A DNA stretch of 63,171 nucleotides, filler included, from Craspedostauros australis (taxonomy: Eukaryota): assembly GCA_030167865.1 (NCBI GenBank). It is 12 parts of 12 records of this genome, joined end to end, with 100 filler letters (N's around TTAATTAATTAA, not from the genome) between each part and the next. Parts side by side here need not be neighbours in the genome. Positions count along the whole stretch, not along the records: positions 3,506 to 34,954 come from JALAGF010002749.1; 11 more parts are not named here. One strand, written 5' to 3'. The notes beneath the pieces were generated by a model. It searched no databases and was not told the origin of the DNA. It saw only the letters and a program-made list of their open reading frames with translations. The position numbers and the translations under genes are program-made. Shown here in pieces: positions 10,855-23,800 of the stretch (the first letter of the stretch is position 1; each line of letters begins with the position of its first letter).

Positions 10855-12807
10855 ATGACGCCCAGCAACAGCGGCCCGTCCAGCCCGACCCACTTCGGCA
10901 TGCCGGGGCACTTCACGCCTGAGGAGATCCAGGAGATCCTGGGCGCCATGTCCACGGAGCACATGCAGGATGGAATCAGCGCCGGTCTCCACCACAATCC
11001 CCAGGCAACCACCACCAACCACGATGTCCACACCACCAGCTTCCAACAGCCAGCCCAGGCGGTTGCGCCAGTCCCATCGGCGCACGCAGTGACTCACGCA
11101 GCGCCACACTCGAACGCGACACACTCGAACGCGAGCATGGCGCCGCCGCAGGCACACATGGCATGCACGGCACTCGCAAGCGCCGCTTCCTTGGCTGCAT
11201 GTGCCACGCGAAGTGGTGGTGCGGCAGCAGGCGCCATGACGGACACATCCAGCATCCCAAGCAACAACGCAGCTGCCTTCAAGATGGACGATCAAGCCAG
11301 CGTTCAGCCAGGCGTCAATGCCAACGTCGCAGCCGAAGCGAGGTCCGAACGCAAGCGCACGCGCGAGAAGCAAAGGCGCTTCGATGTCAACAGGAGGTTC
11401 AACGACCTCACGCAGCTCATCAAGCAGATCGAGGCCGACGAGGCGCAAGGAGATGCCACCAAAGTCAGCATCACGTTCAGCCCCACGAACCGCGTGGATC
11501 TCATTGCCCGAACGATCGCCCACTTGGAACGTCTGCACGAAGCCAACAAGCGGTCGAAGGCGGAGACGGAGAACCTGCAGCAGCAACTCAAGGATGCACG
11601 GCGTGCGGGTGAAGAGACGGCGCAGAAGCTCAAGGAGACAATGTTCAGCTCTCCGTCCAGCAAGCAGGTGCGTTGTTATTGAGCGTCCATGATGGCATCA
11701 TGACGATGATGATAGTGATGGCACTGTATTGATCATCCTTCACAGGATGGGTATTGATGGCGGCACGGAGAAGCTATACTGTTCGCGACGACGACCACGA
11801 TGTTGCCGCAAATCAAAGTGTTCGTATTGCATCATCCTGGAAGTATCAATTGCACGCGCAAAGCGCGTGGCAGCGAGTTTTGGTACTGCTTCCACGTTTC
11901 GTTGTGAACCCATCTTTGCAATTGCGAGACCGTTTACTGGCTCCTTCAACCTTCCTCCCACCTCATGTCCACGCTCACCAACGGTTCTTGACATCTGCCT
12001 CTCGTTCTGGAATGTCCTCGCATGTTCGATGATGCACCGCATTGTTACTCGCACCATCCATTGCAGATGATGATGATGGTGCCAATGATGATGAATCCAA
12101 ATCAAATGCAATATGGCGGAGCTGCGGCCGGTGGTCCCGGAGCATCGCCCATGCCGATGATGAATCCATTCATGATGCATCAGCAGCAACAGTTCATGGC
12201 GCTGCACATGGCCAGTCAGGCCGCACAAGCGCCCTCGCCCATGGCAGCTTCCGGGCCAGTCGCCTCTCCCGCCGCATCCGTTGCTGGTTCGACATCAACT
12301 CCACAGCAGCAACCACAACAACAACAAAGCCAAGCACAGGCTGCCTCAGTCGCAGCCACGGCACCTGCCACCAGCGCAGCGTCCACCACCTCACAAGGTT
12401 CCAACTCGTCTCAGCAACAGCAGCAGCCTGATCACACGCCTGCTGCCATGGGAATGGGAGCCATGCAAATGCCCTTCGGTGCAGGCATGATGATGCCCAT
12501 GCAACAACAGCAGATGATGATGATGGCTGCGGCACAGAATCAGAACGGAATGCCCTACATGATGCAACCGATGGCACCAACACCCCCCGTTGCGTCCGTT
12601 GCTGCAATGCCTGGCTCAGGCATGATGAATGTGGCTCTTCCGTCTCAGCCGCAGCAACAAGCGCTGCAAGGAAATTCGTCTCTGGCACAGCCAACTTCGG
12701 GTGGCTCCTCGCCATCCAGTCTCCCAGGTGCCCAGCAAGAGGCCAAGACGGCAGACAGCCCAACGCAAGACAGCTCCGGGGGAGCCAACCTGGCCCACTG
12801 CGCATAA
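10855..12807 (+). CDS. bHLH transcription factor with a coiled coil and an M/Q/P-rich activation-like tail (exons 10855-11667, 12067-12807)
   Basis: Basic helix ERKRTREKQRRFDVNRRFNDL and helix 2 NRVDLIARTIAHLERL. Phase-0 intron GTGCGT...TTGCAG. Confidence 0.85.
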
Positions 12808-13499
12808 ATCGCGAACTACGTACGACTACAGGACATGTTCGGAGCTCACCACCACAGTGTCTCCTAGTACGCTCGTAAGCGTACGGGCACATGTTCTCAC
12901 GTCGGGGGACTGTACGTATTTGCGGCAAAGATCTCGCTGGAGCATTTGAGCATAAAGAAGTGCTCCATGGAAGTGCCGTCAAGCAGCAGGTAGCTAGCAA
13001 CTGTGTCAATTGATAGAGAGACAGTATCGAAGTACAAGCATGGCACGATAGAATATTTACAAGCAGCCGTGGCCAATCCTCATGTGTTGTAAAGAGTAAA
13101 GCGTATAGAGTACTCTGCTCCAATTGTACGTCGTCTATCGAACACCATGCATAGCTCGTATAATAGATTGAGCAGTGTGGTGCAGGAAGTCTTGTGGGCA
13201 TGATGTCAAAGTTGAAGTCGGTGGAGATTGATGGATCGGCACACTCCCAACACGTGTGAGGGGCGAATCTTTTGGTGTCATCAGTTCACAACTCCCAACA
13301 AAATCCGTGCTGACAAGAGAGCAACGGCATTTGGTCTTTGTATTCCAAATCCACGCAACTCATCATTCCACCAAACGCTTTTGCAAAGGATCCCACGCAG
13401 CGAGGCGCACACTGAGCTGCATCATTGCGCCGATCTGCAGCTCGGTAACGATCTCGAAGCGACTGAAGCGACTGGAGCGACTGGAGCACTTGAGAGATA

Positions 13500-14288
13500 A
13501 TGAGGCAAACGGGTGCAACCGCGATTCATTCCACCATGCTGGCGACGGCACTGCTGATTGCCTCGTCGTCTTGGTTGGTTTCAGCATTCCAACCAACCAT
13601 GGTGACACCACATCGCAGCCCATTCGCCACCGGCAACAGAATGCTAGGACCATCTCCCACACAACCATCGAGGCTGCGTCTGCACAAGCTGCAAGGCCAG
13701 ACTGCGAGCAAGGCCCTTGGCGATCCGATCTGCGACTACCATCAAGTCGACATCCCGACGAGCCAGGAAGGACCGCCGCGACAGGCCATCAGCGTGGAGG
13801 ATCTCACGCCGACCATCGTCGCCATGCTGGAGGAGAGCGCCATGCAGCAGGGCGTGGTCCACATCATCAGCCGTCACACCACGACCGCCGTCACCATCAA
13901 CGAACGCGAGTCCAGGTTGGCGCAGGACATGCAGCGGTACTTCCTCAGTATCGCGCCACCCGACGAACGGTCCGAGGCATCGGTCGCGCAACCGGGAGTG
14001 CGGTATCGGCACAACGACATCGATCAACGTCCCGATTCCGCGGAGGAGGCACAGCGGTGTCGCGACAACGGATGGGACATTGGAGATCCTGAGGTGCTGC
14101 AAGCGTGGAGGGGTCAGGAGCCCATCAACGCGCATTCGCACTTGCTGTCGATGCTGGTGGGGAGTTCCGAGAGCATACCCGTGGTGAATGGCAAGCTCGT
14201 GATTGGGCAATGGCAGAGCATCCTGCTGGTGGATCTGGATGGTCCACGCAACCGGACGGTCGGAATCCAGTTCATGGGATATCGGTGA
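13500..14288 (+). CDS. YjbQ/UPF0047 family protein (secondary thiamine-phosphate synthase-like), plastid-targeted
   Basis: Family motifs HTTTAVTINE, YRHND, NAHSHLLSML and GQWQSILLVDLDGPRNR. Hydrophobic signal peptide followed by VSA-FQP, an ASAFAP-type cleavage motif. Confidence 0.88.
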   Translation: MRQTGATAIHSTMLATALLIASSSWLVSAFQPTMVTPHRSPFATGNRMLGPSPTQPSRLRLHKLQGQTASKALGDPICDYHQVDIPTSQEGPPRQAISVEDLTPTIVAMLEESAMQQGVVHIISRHTTTAVTINERESRLAQDMQRYFLSIAPPDERSEASVAQPGVRYRHNDIDQRPDSAEEAQRCRDNGWDIGDPEVLQAWRGQEPINAHSHLLSMLVGSSESIPVVNGKLVIGQWQSILLVDLDGPRNRTVGIQFMGYR

Positions 14289-14794
14289 AGATGATGATGA
14301 CACGTAGCTATGCATGGATAGAGAGACAATCTGATGCATTGCAAGTGTTGATTTCGTTGACTTCTGCTTTCGCACGTTGCGTGAACCCTCATGTGTTGGG
14401 TTGCTCTCCAGAGAGCATGCCGTACTCTACCGCAAGGGGTTGCATTCTCGTTCTTAACTGGAGAGTCCTTGTACCATGAAGACATTCAACAATCTACTCG
14501 CACCATTGAGACTGAGATTGCCATTAATTATTGTTCTTGTTCTCTCTCTAGCAACTAATAGGTATTTTGGCACTGCACTACTAGTACGATTCAGAGCGCG
14601 AGATGGTGATCGACATGCTGTCACATCCGTCTCGCCTTCCTAAAGCATTGTGGCATACTCGTGGGGGATAGAGATTAGTCCATATTGACGTCGTTCCGCT
14701 TCCTTTCCTCTTCACCCTCATGCCATATCACATGGTATCATACTGTTGGTATGCGGTAGGAGAGCGTCTGACTCTCGTTGTAATTGCCGACGCT

Positions 14795-16563
14795 CTATAC
14801 GCTGAGGTTGACAGAGAGGCCGAGGTTGCCTGGTCCGACGCCGTTGGTGAAGCCGTTTGGTCCCAAGAAAGGTGCGTACTCGTCCGGGACGCAGCTCAGC
14901 TGGACGTTGGCACGTCCTTGCTGGTACGATCCTTGCAAATTGAAGTTGGTATCTGGGATTCTGTACGCGACACCGACGTTCCATGGCGAGGACTGTCCGT
15001 AGAGTTGCATCTGAAGTTGCTGGATCGTCTGCTGTTGCTGCTGCAGGAAGGCCATGGTGGTCTGCTGCTGCTGCGCGCTCTTCACCTGGACGTCGACTGC
15101 CTTCTTTCCGGACTCCGCGATATTGTTCATGACGGCCTGGAGGTAGGATCGCTCGGCCGTGAAGTCCCAGTCCGAGCCTTCGCGTGTGGAGTCCTCGGCC
15201 TGGCGTGTGAAGAGACCGTCTGCCTGCAGCATGGCCTCGTACTCGGAAGCGCCGGAAGTCTTGCTGGCGGCACGGTACCGTTGCAACGCATTCTCCCTCA
15301 GCAAGGCAAGCTGTCGCAGATAGAGGACCTGCAGAGGCGCATCGAGCGCAGCCTCGAGTTGTTCCAGCTTCTTATCGTATTCAGCAGCTGCTGTTGGATC
15401 ATCGCCAGCGTCTGGTGCGCTCTTGGCGAAATCCTCCAACGCCTTGTTGCAGATGGTGTCCGCTTGACCGCCGAATCCGTCGATGATGGTTCCTTCGTTC
15501 ACAATTTTGCTGCGAAGAGACTCGATCTGTGCATGGCATGGCATCGCATGACGTGAATGGCGTAATGCATGGTACGCACAACGCATTCCATAAGCGTGAA
15601 TCATTGATGCATCCAATTGATGTCGATTTTGTGTTGTCGTTTTTGTTATCATCCAGCCACCACCAATTGAACAGCGGTGATGGCACAATCGCCATGAACA
15701 TGTGTATGTATGCACGGGATAGATTATTGGCATTCATGTTCACGAATGTTCAAGACAAATGGTCACGTTCGGAGATTGCACAGCATTCCCATTAACCATT
15801 GCCAGTGTCGTTTATTGCCGTCGTCGAAGATGGATGATTGTTGATGTTTCGAATACGTGAGGTGTCGCGTGAGAAGCCGGTGGCATTGTGGGACCCAGTT
15901 GAACAGCGTTTCATCCATCCATCGTTGTGTCCATAGTCCATGCGTTCCACAAGACGAATCGTTGCGTGGTGCAATTGCAAGTCCCCAAAGTGCGAGGAAT
16001 GCATGGTCATCGTATCATTGATCAGATGCATGAATCGTTGCGATCAGATGAGTTGAAGGAAGAGTATTGCATGTTGGATAGACATGGTGAGAAGAATGAT
16101 GTTATGATGTGTGCTTTCGCACGTTCATCATGTTGCACAAAATGACCACGATGGTGGGGCAAAATGAGGGTGCCGAGAAGTAAGAGAGGCTCCAGATACG
16201 AGATACAAGATGCGAAGCCTCCACTATTTCTCTCCACACAACTCAACTCAACGCAACCCACAAACCACCAATCTCCGGCAACCCAATTCCCGTCAATCAT
16301 TTTCATGCGGCAACCACCAGTCACCCAAAATCGGCAACATTGAAACACGATGGATTCCAGCGACGGGATATGCGTACCGATCCAGTGGCAGCATCCAGGA
16401 CCTGAAGCTTGACACCTTCCAGCTCGGTGGCGTAGCCGGAGGCGGCATTAGCACCACCGCGAGGAATCATGTTGCATCCCCAGGTTCCTGCCGGGCAGGA
16501 GGCTGCAGCGTCTGGTACCGCGAAGGCGGCCATCAACGAAAGCTGGACGATTCCAAATCTCAT
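14795..16563 (-). CDS. Conserved complex-plastid protein, probably periplastid protein PPP1-like (exons 16563-16378, 15526-14795)
   Basis: Signal peptide plus a transit peptide containing IPRGG. Helical body, then QLYGQSSPWNVGVAYRIPDTNFNLQGSYQQGRANVQLSCVPDE...GPNGFTNGVGPGNLGLS. Phase-0 GTACGC...CACAG intron of 851 nt. The PPP1 name is from recollection of the apicomplexan/diatom family and is not verified. Confidence 0.6.
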
Positions 16564-17857
16564 CTTCCCTTCTTTCTTTCTTTCTTTCTTCTGTTCGTTG
16601 AATTGTATTCTGTTGTGTTGTGTTGTGCTCTTGTCTGTGTTGTTGTCACGGACAGGATGCTGATGCGGTTGTTTGTTTGTTTGTGCTGCCGACGATGAGG
16701 ATCCCCCACCAACATCAATCACGATGGCGCGCAGTTGATGCCAACAACAAGCACGACGATGACAACCGCCGATCCAATCCATCAAAACAACAAAACACAA
16801 CATGACAAACGACGCACACATCCACGTTGATGTTCCTTGTTCCACCTGGAGATTTGGATCGCAGATCATAACCCATTCCAAAAATGTTCACGAGTACTGA
16901 ATCAGCCCTTATTCTCGTGCCGATTTTCAAGTACTATATTCACACACGAATATAAATATGAATCTGTCGGAGAGCGTCGTGACATGGGACGTCTCACCTG
17001 GATTAATACTATTGATACACGAATATGTGTCATGTCGAGCATCACCGCCAGCCGAGTTTTGGCTGTTGGCGATCACAAAACGATCGAACACAAAACGGAC
17101 ACAGAAAACACGTCGTCGAGAATCGCAAGATACCTAACTTTCGCGAGCAACTGTTCGCGACAGCATGTGTCGCAGAACACATCAATCGCACCAACTTCTC
17201 TCCTGTGCAATACCAGCGACTCGCCAGCACTTGTATTCCGTCACGATACCATCCGCCAAACCATCCCGAGCAGAGATGGCGATAGGGACATCATCAACGA
17301 TACAACATCAACGATACAACAAGAAGCAACATCGACATCGACGTTGACATCAACTGCGACTGCAACAACGCTAACATCAATCAAGATCAGAATCAGCCAA
17401 GTCAACGATACAGGCAGAAACAAGAGGAGCAACAGCAACGACAAGAGCATCAAGACGACTGCTTCTGCCAAGACCAACACACTGTTGAACAGACCTCAAA
17501 CAAATTGCATCGTCCTTTATTAACGAACGACGGCTGGGGGACATTCAGGGTGGTTGCATGCCTTTGGTTACTCTCGCCGGGTTATTCTCCATCTACGATC
17601 ACATCTGCAGAACCACAGCAGCCACAGAATCGATTAACCAATCTATCCACCGACCGTGCCTTGCCTTGCCCTGCCCTGCTTCCTCTACCGAAGGCAAGGT
17701 CGCTGGGCATTGACGCACGGAGCGTTTGTGTGTGGCTCAACCGCTGCAAACCAGATTGACGACAGTTGTGAAGAAGATCGATTTCTGCTTCCAGCAATCA
17801 CACCTGCTCGACTGTCCCAACACTCTCGAATCAACTACGCTTCATACACTGACAACG

Positions 17858-20800
17858 ATGGAGTCTCGCTCGCAGTATCCCGGCCAGTACGCCGACAACA
17901 ACCGCGGCGAGCCCATGGCAGGAACGATTGGCCAAAGCAAAAGTCAGTGGGCCGGACGCACGCAGTTTGAAGCCATGCAAGAGTTGCGCGCACGACGAGC
18001 GTGGGTGGCGGATGACGAGGAAGAGACGCAGAGCCGATTCCAACAACGACGCAGGCTTTACCACAGCAGCGCCGCGCCCAATGTCAAATCGGACGGTGCT
18101 GAACACGCGGCAAGGATCGTGGTGGATGACCTCAAATCGCGAGGGTACGACCCGGAGACAGGCGTCTTCGCCATGGAGAGCAAGTCAGAGGATGGGGAAG
18201 ATCTGGACCGGTACGAGGCCACGCAGCACATGATGGATTCCCGAGAACCCGACGATCACGAGCTGTCCACCATCGGGGAGAACTCGAAGGAGGACTCCAT
18301 ATCCTCCGCGAAACGATCATCCCGACAAAGCTCGCAAGACCAAAGATCGCAACCAGACGAGTACGGATATGGCAGCCAGCACGAAACAGCCACGCACGGC
18401 AGCAATGGCAGCAGGGCGAGCAAGACCGTTTCGTCTGCACAGTCGACGAGCACCACCAGCACAAGGGGAAGCTCCAGGGCGAGTTCCAGAGCGAGCTCTC
18501 GCGCCAGCAGCAACGCAAGCACTGCCATTCCCATGACTCCACCACGCGTTGGGGTTAGCATGCAAAGCAACGAATCCAACTCGCCCATCTCGAGGATGGA
18601 CATGACCGGGACAGTCACCACAGTCACTGATGGCATGACCGAGTTCACTGGATACGAAGACAACAGAGGTCAGAGCCTTAAGTACCATGATGACGGCTAC
18701 TATGCAGATGCCAAATCCATTTACACGATCACCACGGGGAAGGGAAGCGAGTACACTACTGGAGCAGAGAGTACCTCCACGTATTCCTCCGTGCCCAGCA
18801 ATCGATCAGGAAAGACCTCCATCGCCTCGTCACATGATGCCAAGAGGCAATTGATGGAGTACGACTACTCCAGATCGTATGGGACTCGAGGACAGACCGA
18901 AGATTGGACGGAGGGCAAGACAAGCTGCGCGTCGACGGTTTCATCAGCCTCCACCACAATGGGATCGAAGCAGCGCGACGACCTCAGCTCGAAGGGGAAG
19001 GGAGCCAAGACGGACAAGTTCTACACCAGCTTGGGCAGCGATGGCAACTTCGAGATTGAGACCATCGGGTGGAAGAGCGCTTCAACCGGCAAGGATGACA
19101 AGAGCCGCGCCTCCATGACGAGCTTCAAGACCAATCGCACCCGATCTGGTGATACAGCGTCGACCACGAAACACTCGGACAAGTACTCCATCGGGTTGCC
19201 GAGGCACATGACGAGCTCCATGGGACAGTCTCACGCCGCCATCTCCACAGCCGGCGGGTCCACGGCGTCGTCCATCATCTCCGAACTTGCCTTCGGAACT
19301 GGATCCTACTCCACCAACGCAAGTGGGGCCAGTCGGACCGGAAGCGTTAACGGCTTTGTGCAATCTGGATCAGTTCAGTCAAATAGAAGCGCGTCCGGAC
19401 AGACATCCGGCGATTCTCAAATCGACTCAGAGAGAGACTGGAATGATGGTCAAACTCACACCAATTCGCACAAATCACTTCGATCAATGTCAAAGAAGAC
19501 GACCCGTGATGATATCAGCATCAGCAGCAGGGCATCGGCAGGATCTAAACGTACCCGTGGTCGATTCCGCAGGAGTCTCGATTCTGCGTCCGTGAGTTCA
19601 GACTCGAGCCGTACGAGCAAGTCGACGAAGGGATCGAAGACCACGCACGCCACACGTACCACACAAGCCACGTACAACACCAATTCGTCAAAATCGTCAA
19701 AGTTAACAAAGACAACGTACGCGTCTGATGGCTACGGTGCTTCGGATTCATCGCAGGCAAGCTACACGACGAGCGGCACCAAGCTGACGCATGGCACAAA
19801 AGCCAGTCATGCAACGCTGACGACCCATTCCAGCAAATCCAGCAACTCCAGTAACTTGAGCAAGTCAACGAAGGCATCCAAAACCACCATGGCCACTCAT
19901 ACGTCTCACACATCGTACGGCACCCAGACTACGAAGGCATCTCAGGGTACCAAGGGAACGTCTGCAAGCCAATGGACCCACGGAAGCAAGGTCAGTCATG
20001 CCACCAAGACCACCAAGTCCAGCATGTCCTCGCGAGGTCGATCGTCTGACAACAGCTCTGAGGCAAGGCACACTGCGGGTAGAGGGAGATCCCCAGGCTC
20101 CAGGCGGACCGATGGCAGCACCAGCGCGTGGACCAACGAGTCAAATGAGCTTTCGCGTGATGCCAAAAGCGTCGAAAAGAGTGACGCCACTTCAACATCG
20201 ACCCGTCCATCATCCCGGATGAAGTCCTCGCTTCATGCGCAAACCGCGGACTCCCAACCACCCATGTCGTCGCAAACAGCACGTGAGTCGGAACAGTCCC
20301 TGCACAGCGGCGCAACCTCAGCATCATCTGTTACGCTTCAAACCATCGCAGCTCGCAAATCGACGAGCCAAACCAGACGCATTGGCACCACAGAATCGTT
20401 GATCGTCCATGCACCCGATCCGGCGAACCCCGATCGGCAGCGATCGCAGCGACGCCATCTCCCACCCATGTCTCCGCTGTCGACGGCAAGTCAGGGTATG
20501 CTCAGCCCTGGGCCCCACGGGCATGGAACGCCGTTCGGTCACGCACATGCCAGCAACAGCCCGCAGTACCGCTCTCGGGTGTCCTCGGCGAGGAGCAATG
20601 ACGACATGTCCATTCAGTCGGAGAGTCAGGGGTACGACGGCAGCACGAGAAGACCGTCGATCGAGTCATTCCATTCGCTGGCTGCTACCCGCGGGCTGTC
20701 CCAGGAGGAGATGCGCGCGCTTCGTCAACGACAGATTGCTGGTCCATCGATGTCACCATCTCGAAACAATGGCACGCATATCATGACCACAGATTATGTC

Positions 20801-23800
20801 GAAGCTTCCGGCAATCACATCTCAAGCGAAACTATCGAGGCGGTGCATCTGGTGACTAACAGCGAGCTTCTGCGAGGGCAAGGCGTGGATGCACCCCTCG
20901 TGTCCCACAGTGAGTTCTTCGGGACCACCTCGAGCGAAGTGGACAGCAACGTTGGTGACGAAGATGAAACCATGTCGACGGATCGAATCCCGCTGACCAA
21001 GAAGAAAAAGAAGCTGCGCCTCTTCGGTCTGGCGCGAAGATGGAAGAAGTCGAAACAAAAGTCGAGCAAGATGGCGAAGACGGGCCAGGAGTTCGATGCC
21101 AACAACGGAGACGACGCTGACGACGATGCCATGTCCAACTACTCTGCGAGTTCAACTCCTGTCGAGCTTCACGACAGCGACGCCAACACACAACAAGCCG
21201 GTGGTAGACGTCCACGGTCGATGTCCATGTCCCGTGTTGGAGATCCAGTCATACCACGCCCACATCAACTGCAGCAGGAGGAGCGTGAGCATGAGCATGG
21301 GCATGAGCAGCGGAATCCATCCAACCCCAGCCACTATGCCATGTCGGGGTACGCTGGTACGCAGCTGCGAGACGCCCAGCCAACACGCGATGGGATTCAT
21401 CCATCAGCACTGGTCGAACCAACGCCGCAATCCCAAAGCGGCTACGGACAGGGAGCTGATCAGCTCGAAGTCGAAGTTACTCCACTTGGTCTCGTGAGTC
21501 CAGATGGAAGGCAGAGTGATAAGCGACAAGACAGCGATGGCAGCCCCTCGCTGGTCGTACGCGCTCTGGCGGAGCAGAATGCACGCCATGCCAGTGATAA
21601 CAAAAGCACCTCTGAGGCTTGCAACAGCGATCAGGATGAGAATCAGGACCCTCTCGGAGCCACCAAACCTTCGTCGGCAGTTCGTCTGGATGAGAGCAGC
21701 AGCTCCATCAGCGAAATTGTCATCGACAACAAGGAGGCTGAGAATAGTGCCAAACCTCAAATGAAGCAATCGTCTGGCCCACTGAATATGCGACGCTTCT
21801 TCAACAAACGAGGCAAGTCTCAGAGCAAGCTGAACGGTGACAAGCGCCCGGTCAAGAACTCCATCACGGCCAAGGATCAGGCTCGTTTCCGTGTCAGCAT
21901 GATGAATCCGGGCATTGCCCAAGCCAAGAAGGAAAATGCGACAAAGGACTCGACACCTAGCTCACAGCACGATGTGGCCAAGACTGATGGAGGATCGCCG
22001 CTGAATGCTGACGGCGTGAAATCACACGGAATAGAATCCGGAGCGCCGGCAACATCCATGGTGAAGTCGTCGTCCCCTTCGGTGTCAAAAGCCGCGGTGA
22101 AACGAGATGTAACGCCAAAGGCTGGCAGAGCCCGTGCGACAGGGGCTGGCCGCCAGCAGGTGCGCAACTTCGTACGATCCCTCTCGCCGCACAAGAGGAT
22201 AAGGCCACCGCAACCGTCCCCTCGACGAACTCCGACGGCGACCACGAGCCCCAGCCCTCGTGAAATCGAGTCAAGGTTCGAAGCAGACCTTGCCTTAGCA
22301 ACCAGATCTTCGGCGCGGGTTCAGCCGAACGTACGCACCGCCAAGCTTCAAGGCAAGCTGATTTCCAAAGCCAAGAAGTCCCCGAACGCAGCCGCAGCTG
22401 TGAAGAAGATGAACAAGATGCTGCATTGGAAGACAGGCGCTTCCCCAACCAACAGCGCGCGAGTCCAGGATTCGGGCAAGAATTCCGCGTCTCCGAATCA
22501 AAAGGGATCTTCAAGTGCAGAAGATGAGAAAGAATCGAAGACAACTTCCAAGACCACGAACGCAACTGACGCCGACGAACCTTTAGCACGGGTTACGGAC
22601 AAGACAACTGCAGTCCAAGTTATGGGTTCCGGGCCCGATGCTCAGCCGCTTGCGGAAGCAAATCATGATGAAGCTGCCGCCTCCTCCCCGAAAACATCGG
22701 GTGGGGGCACCGCCACAAATCGGCAATCAACCGATCCATCCAAATCGGCATCTGCGAAAGCGGAGAACAAGGTCCAAGCGAAGTCAGCTGCGGGCCCCGC
22801 AGCATCTAGCAAATCCTCCACGGTGCGGAACCACCAGACACACCACAACAGCGCAAAGACTGGCACTACCAAAGGAGACAAATCAGCGATGTCGTCACTC
22901 CTTGGTTTGGGAACAAAGATCATCAACTTTGGTCAAACGAACGCTTCCACACCAACGGCATCTCGTGCCAATGGCGTGACAACGACGCAGGCGAACACCC
23001 AGAGCAAAACAACTGTGAGGTCAGGGGGCAAGCCCAATGACAAGTCCGTGTCAAAGCAGGATGGTGAGATGGCGGATGCAAACACCCCATCTTTGATGAA
23101 TATGAATGCCGGTGCGAACAAGATCGGAGGCTTGAAGATCCAGACGCAGCTGAAAACGACACTACCACGGCCTCCTGGTGCGGGAGTGGCAACCCCCACA
23201 GCTGCTCTCGAGTCAAAGGCCTCGTCTGTTGCTGTTGCTGGAAGCTTTGCCAATGACAATTCCCGATCAGCGACGCCATCGAGAGAATCCAAGAGTGTCA
23301 AGAACCATCAACGAGCCCCCGATCCATCCACTCATGCCGCAGAAGCTTCCCTCCCACCTCGCGCTCCGCACAAGCCAGCGGAGGGGTCGGGAAAGGATGA
23401 CGTAGCTCCGATTGTGACATCGAACGACGGTGAAACCCGCAGCCTGGAGAACAAGTTCAGGGTCACATCGCCGCTGAAACAAGCATTCAACGCATTGTCA
23501 TTCTTCGCCTCATCATCATCGAATGGGAAGGGAAGAGCTTCTGCCACCGAGAGTCCCCGGTCGCGTGCTGGGAAGCCAATGTCAGCCGCGCTGGAAAGCA
23601 GCCACCGAAAGAGGTTGCAGTTGACCTCGAGCGACAGTGCAAGCGCTGGGAAGGCGTCGAACTCAAGCGGGAACGGATCGGAAAGCACCAAGATTTCGGA
23701 CGAGTCATCACTGGATACACAGAAGGCCACGGCAGCAGCTCAGCAATCGGACAAGCTGTTCGGCTCGCATGATGACCCTGCATCTCACACTGTGTTCGTC

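Noticed and set aside
16040..16135. Intronic C/D box snoRNA (ATGATGA...CTGA on the minus strand)
   Set aside because: No convincing terminal stem or recognisable rRNA-complementary guide, and TGATGA is frequent in these introns.
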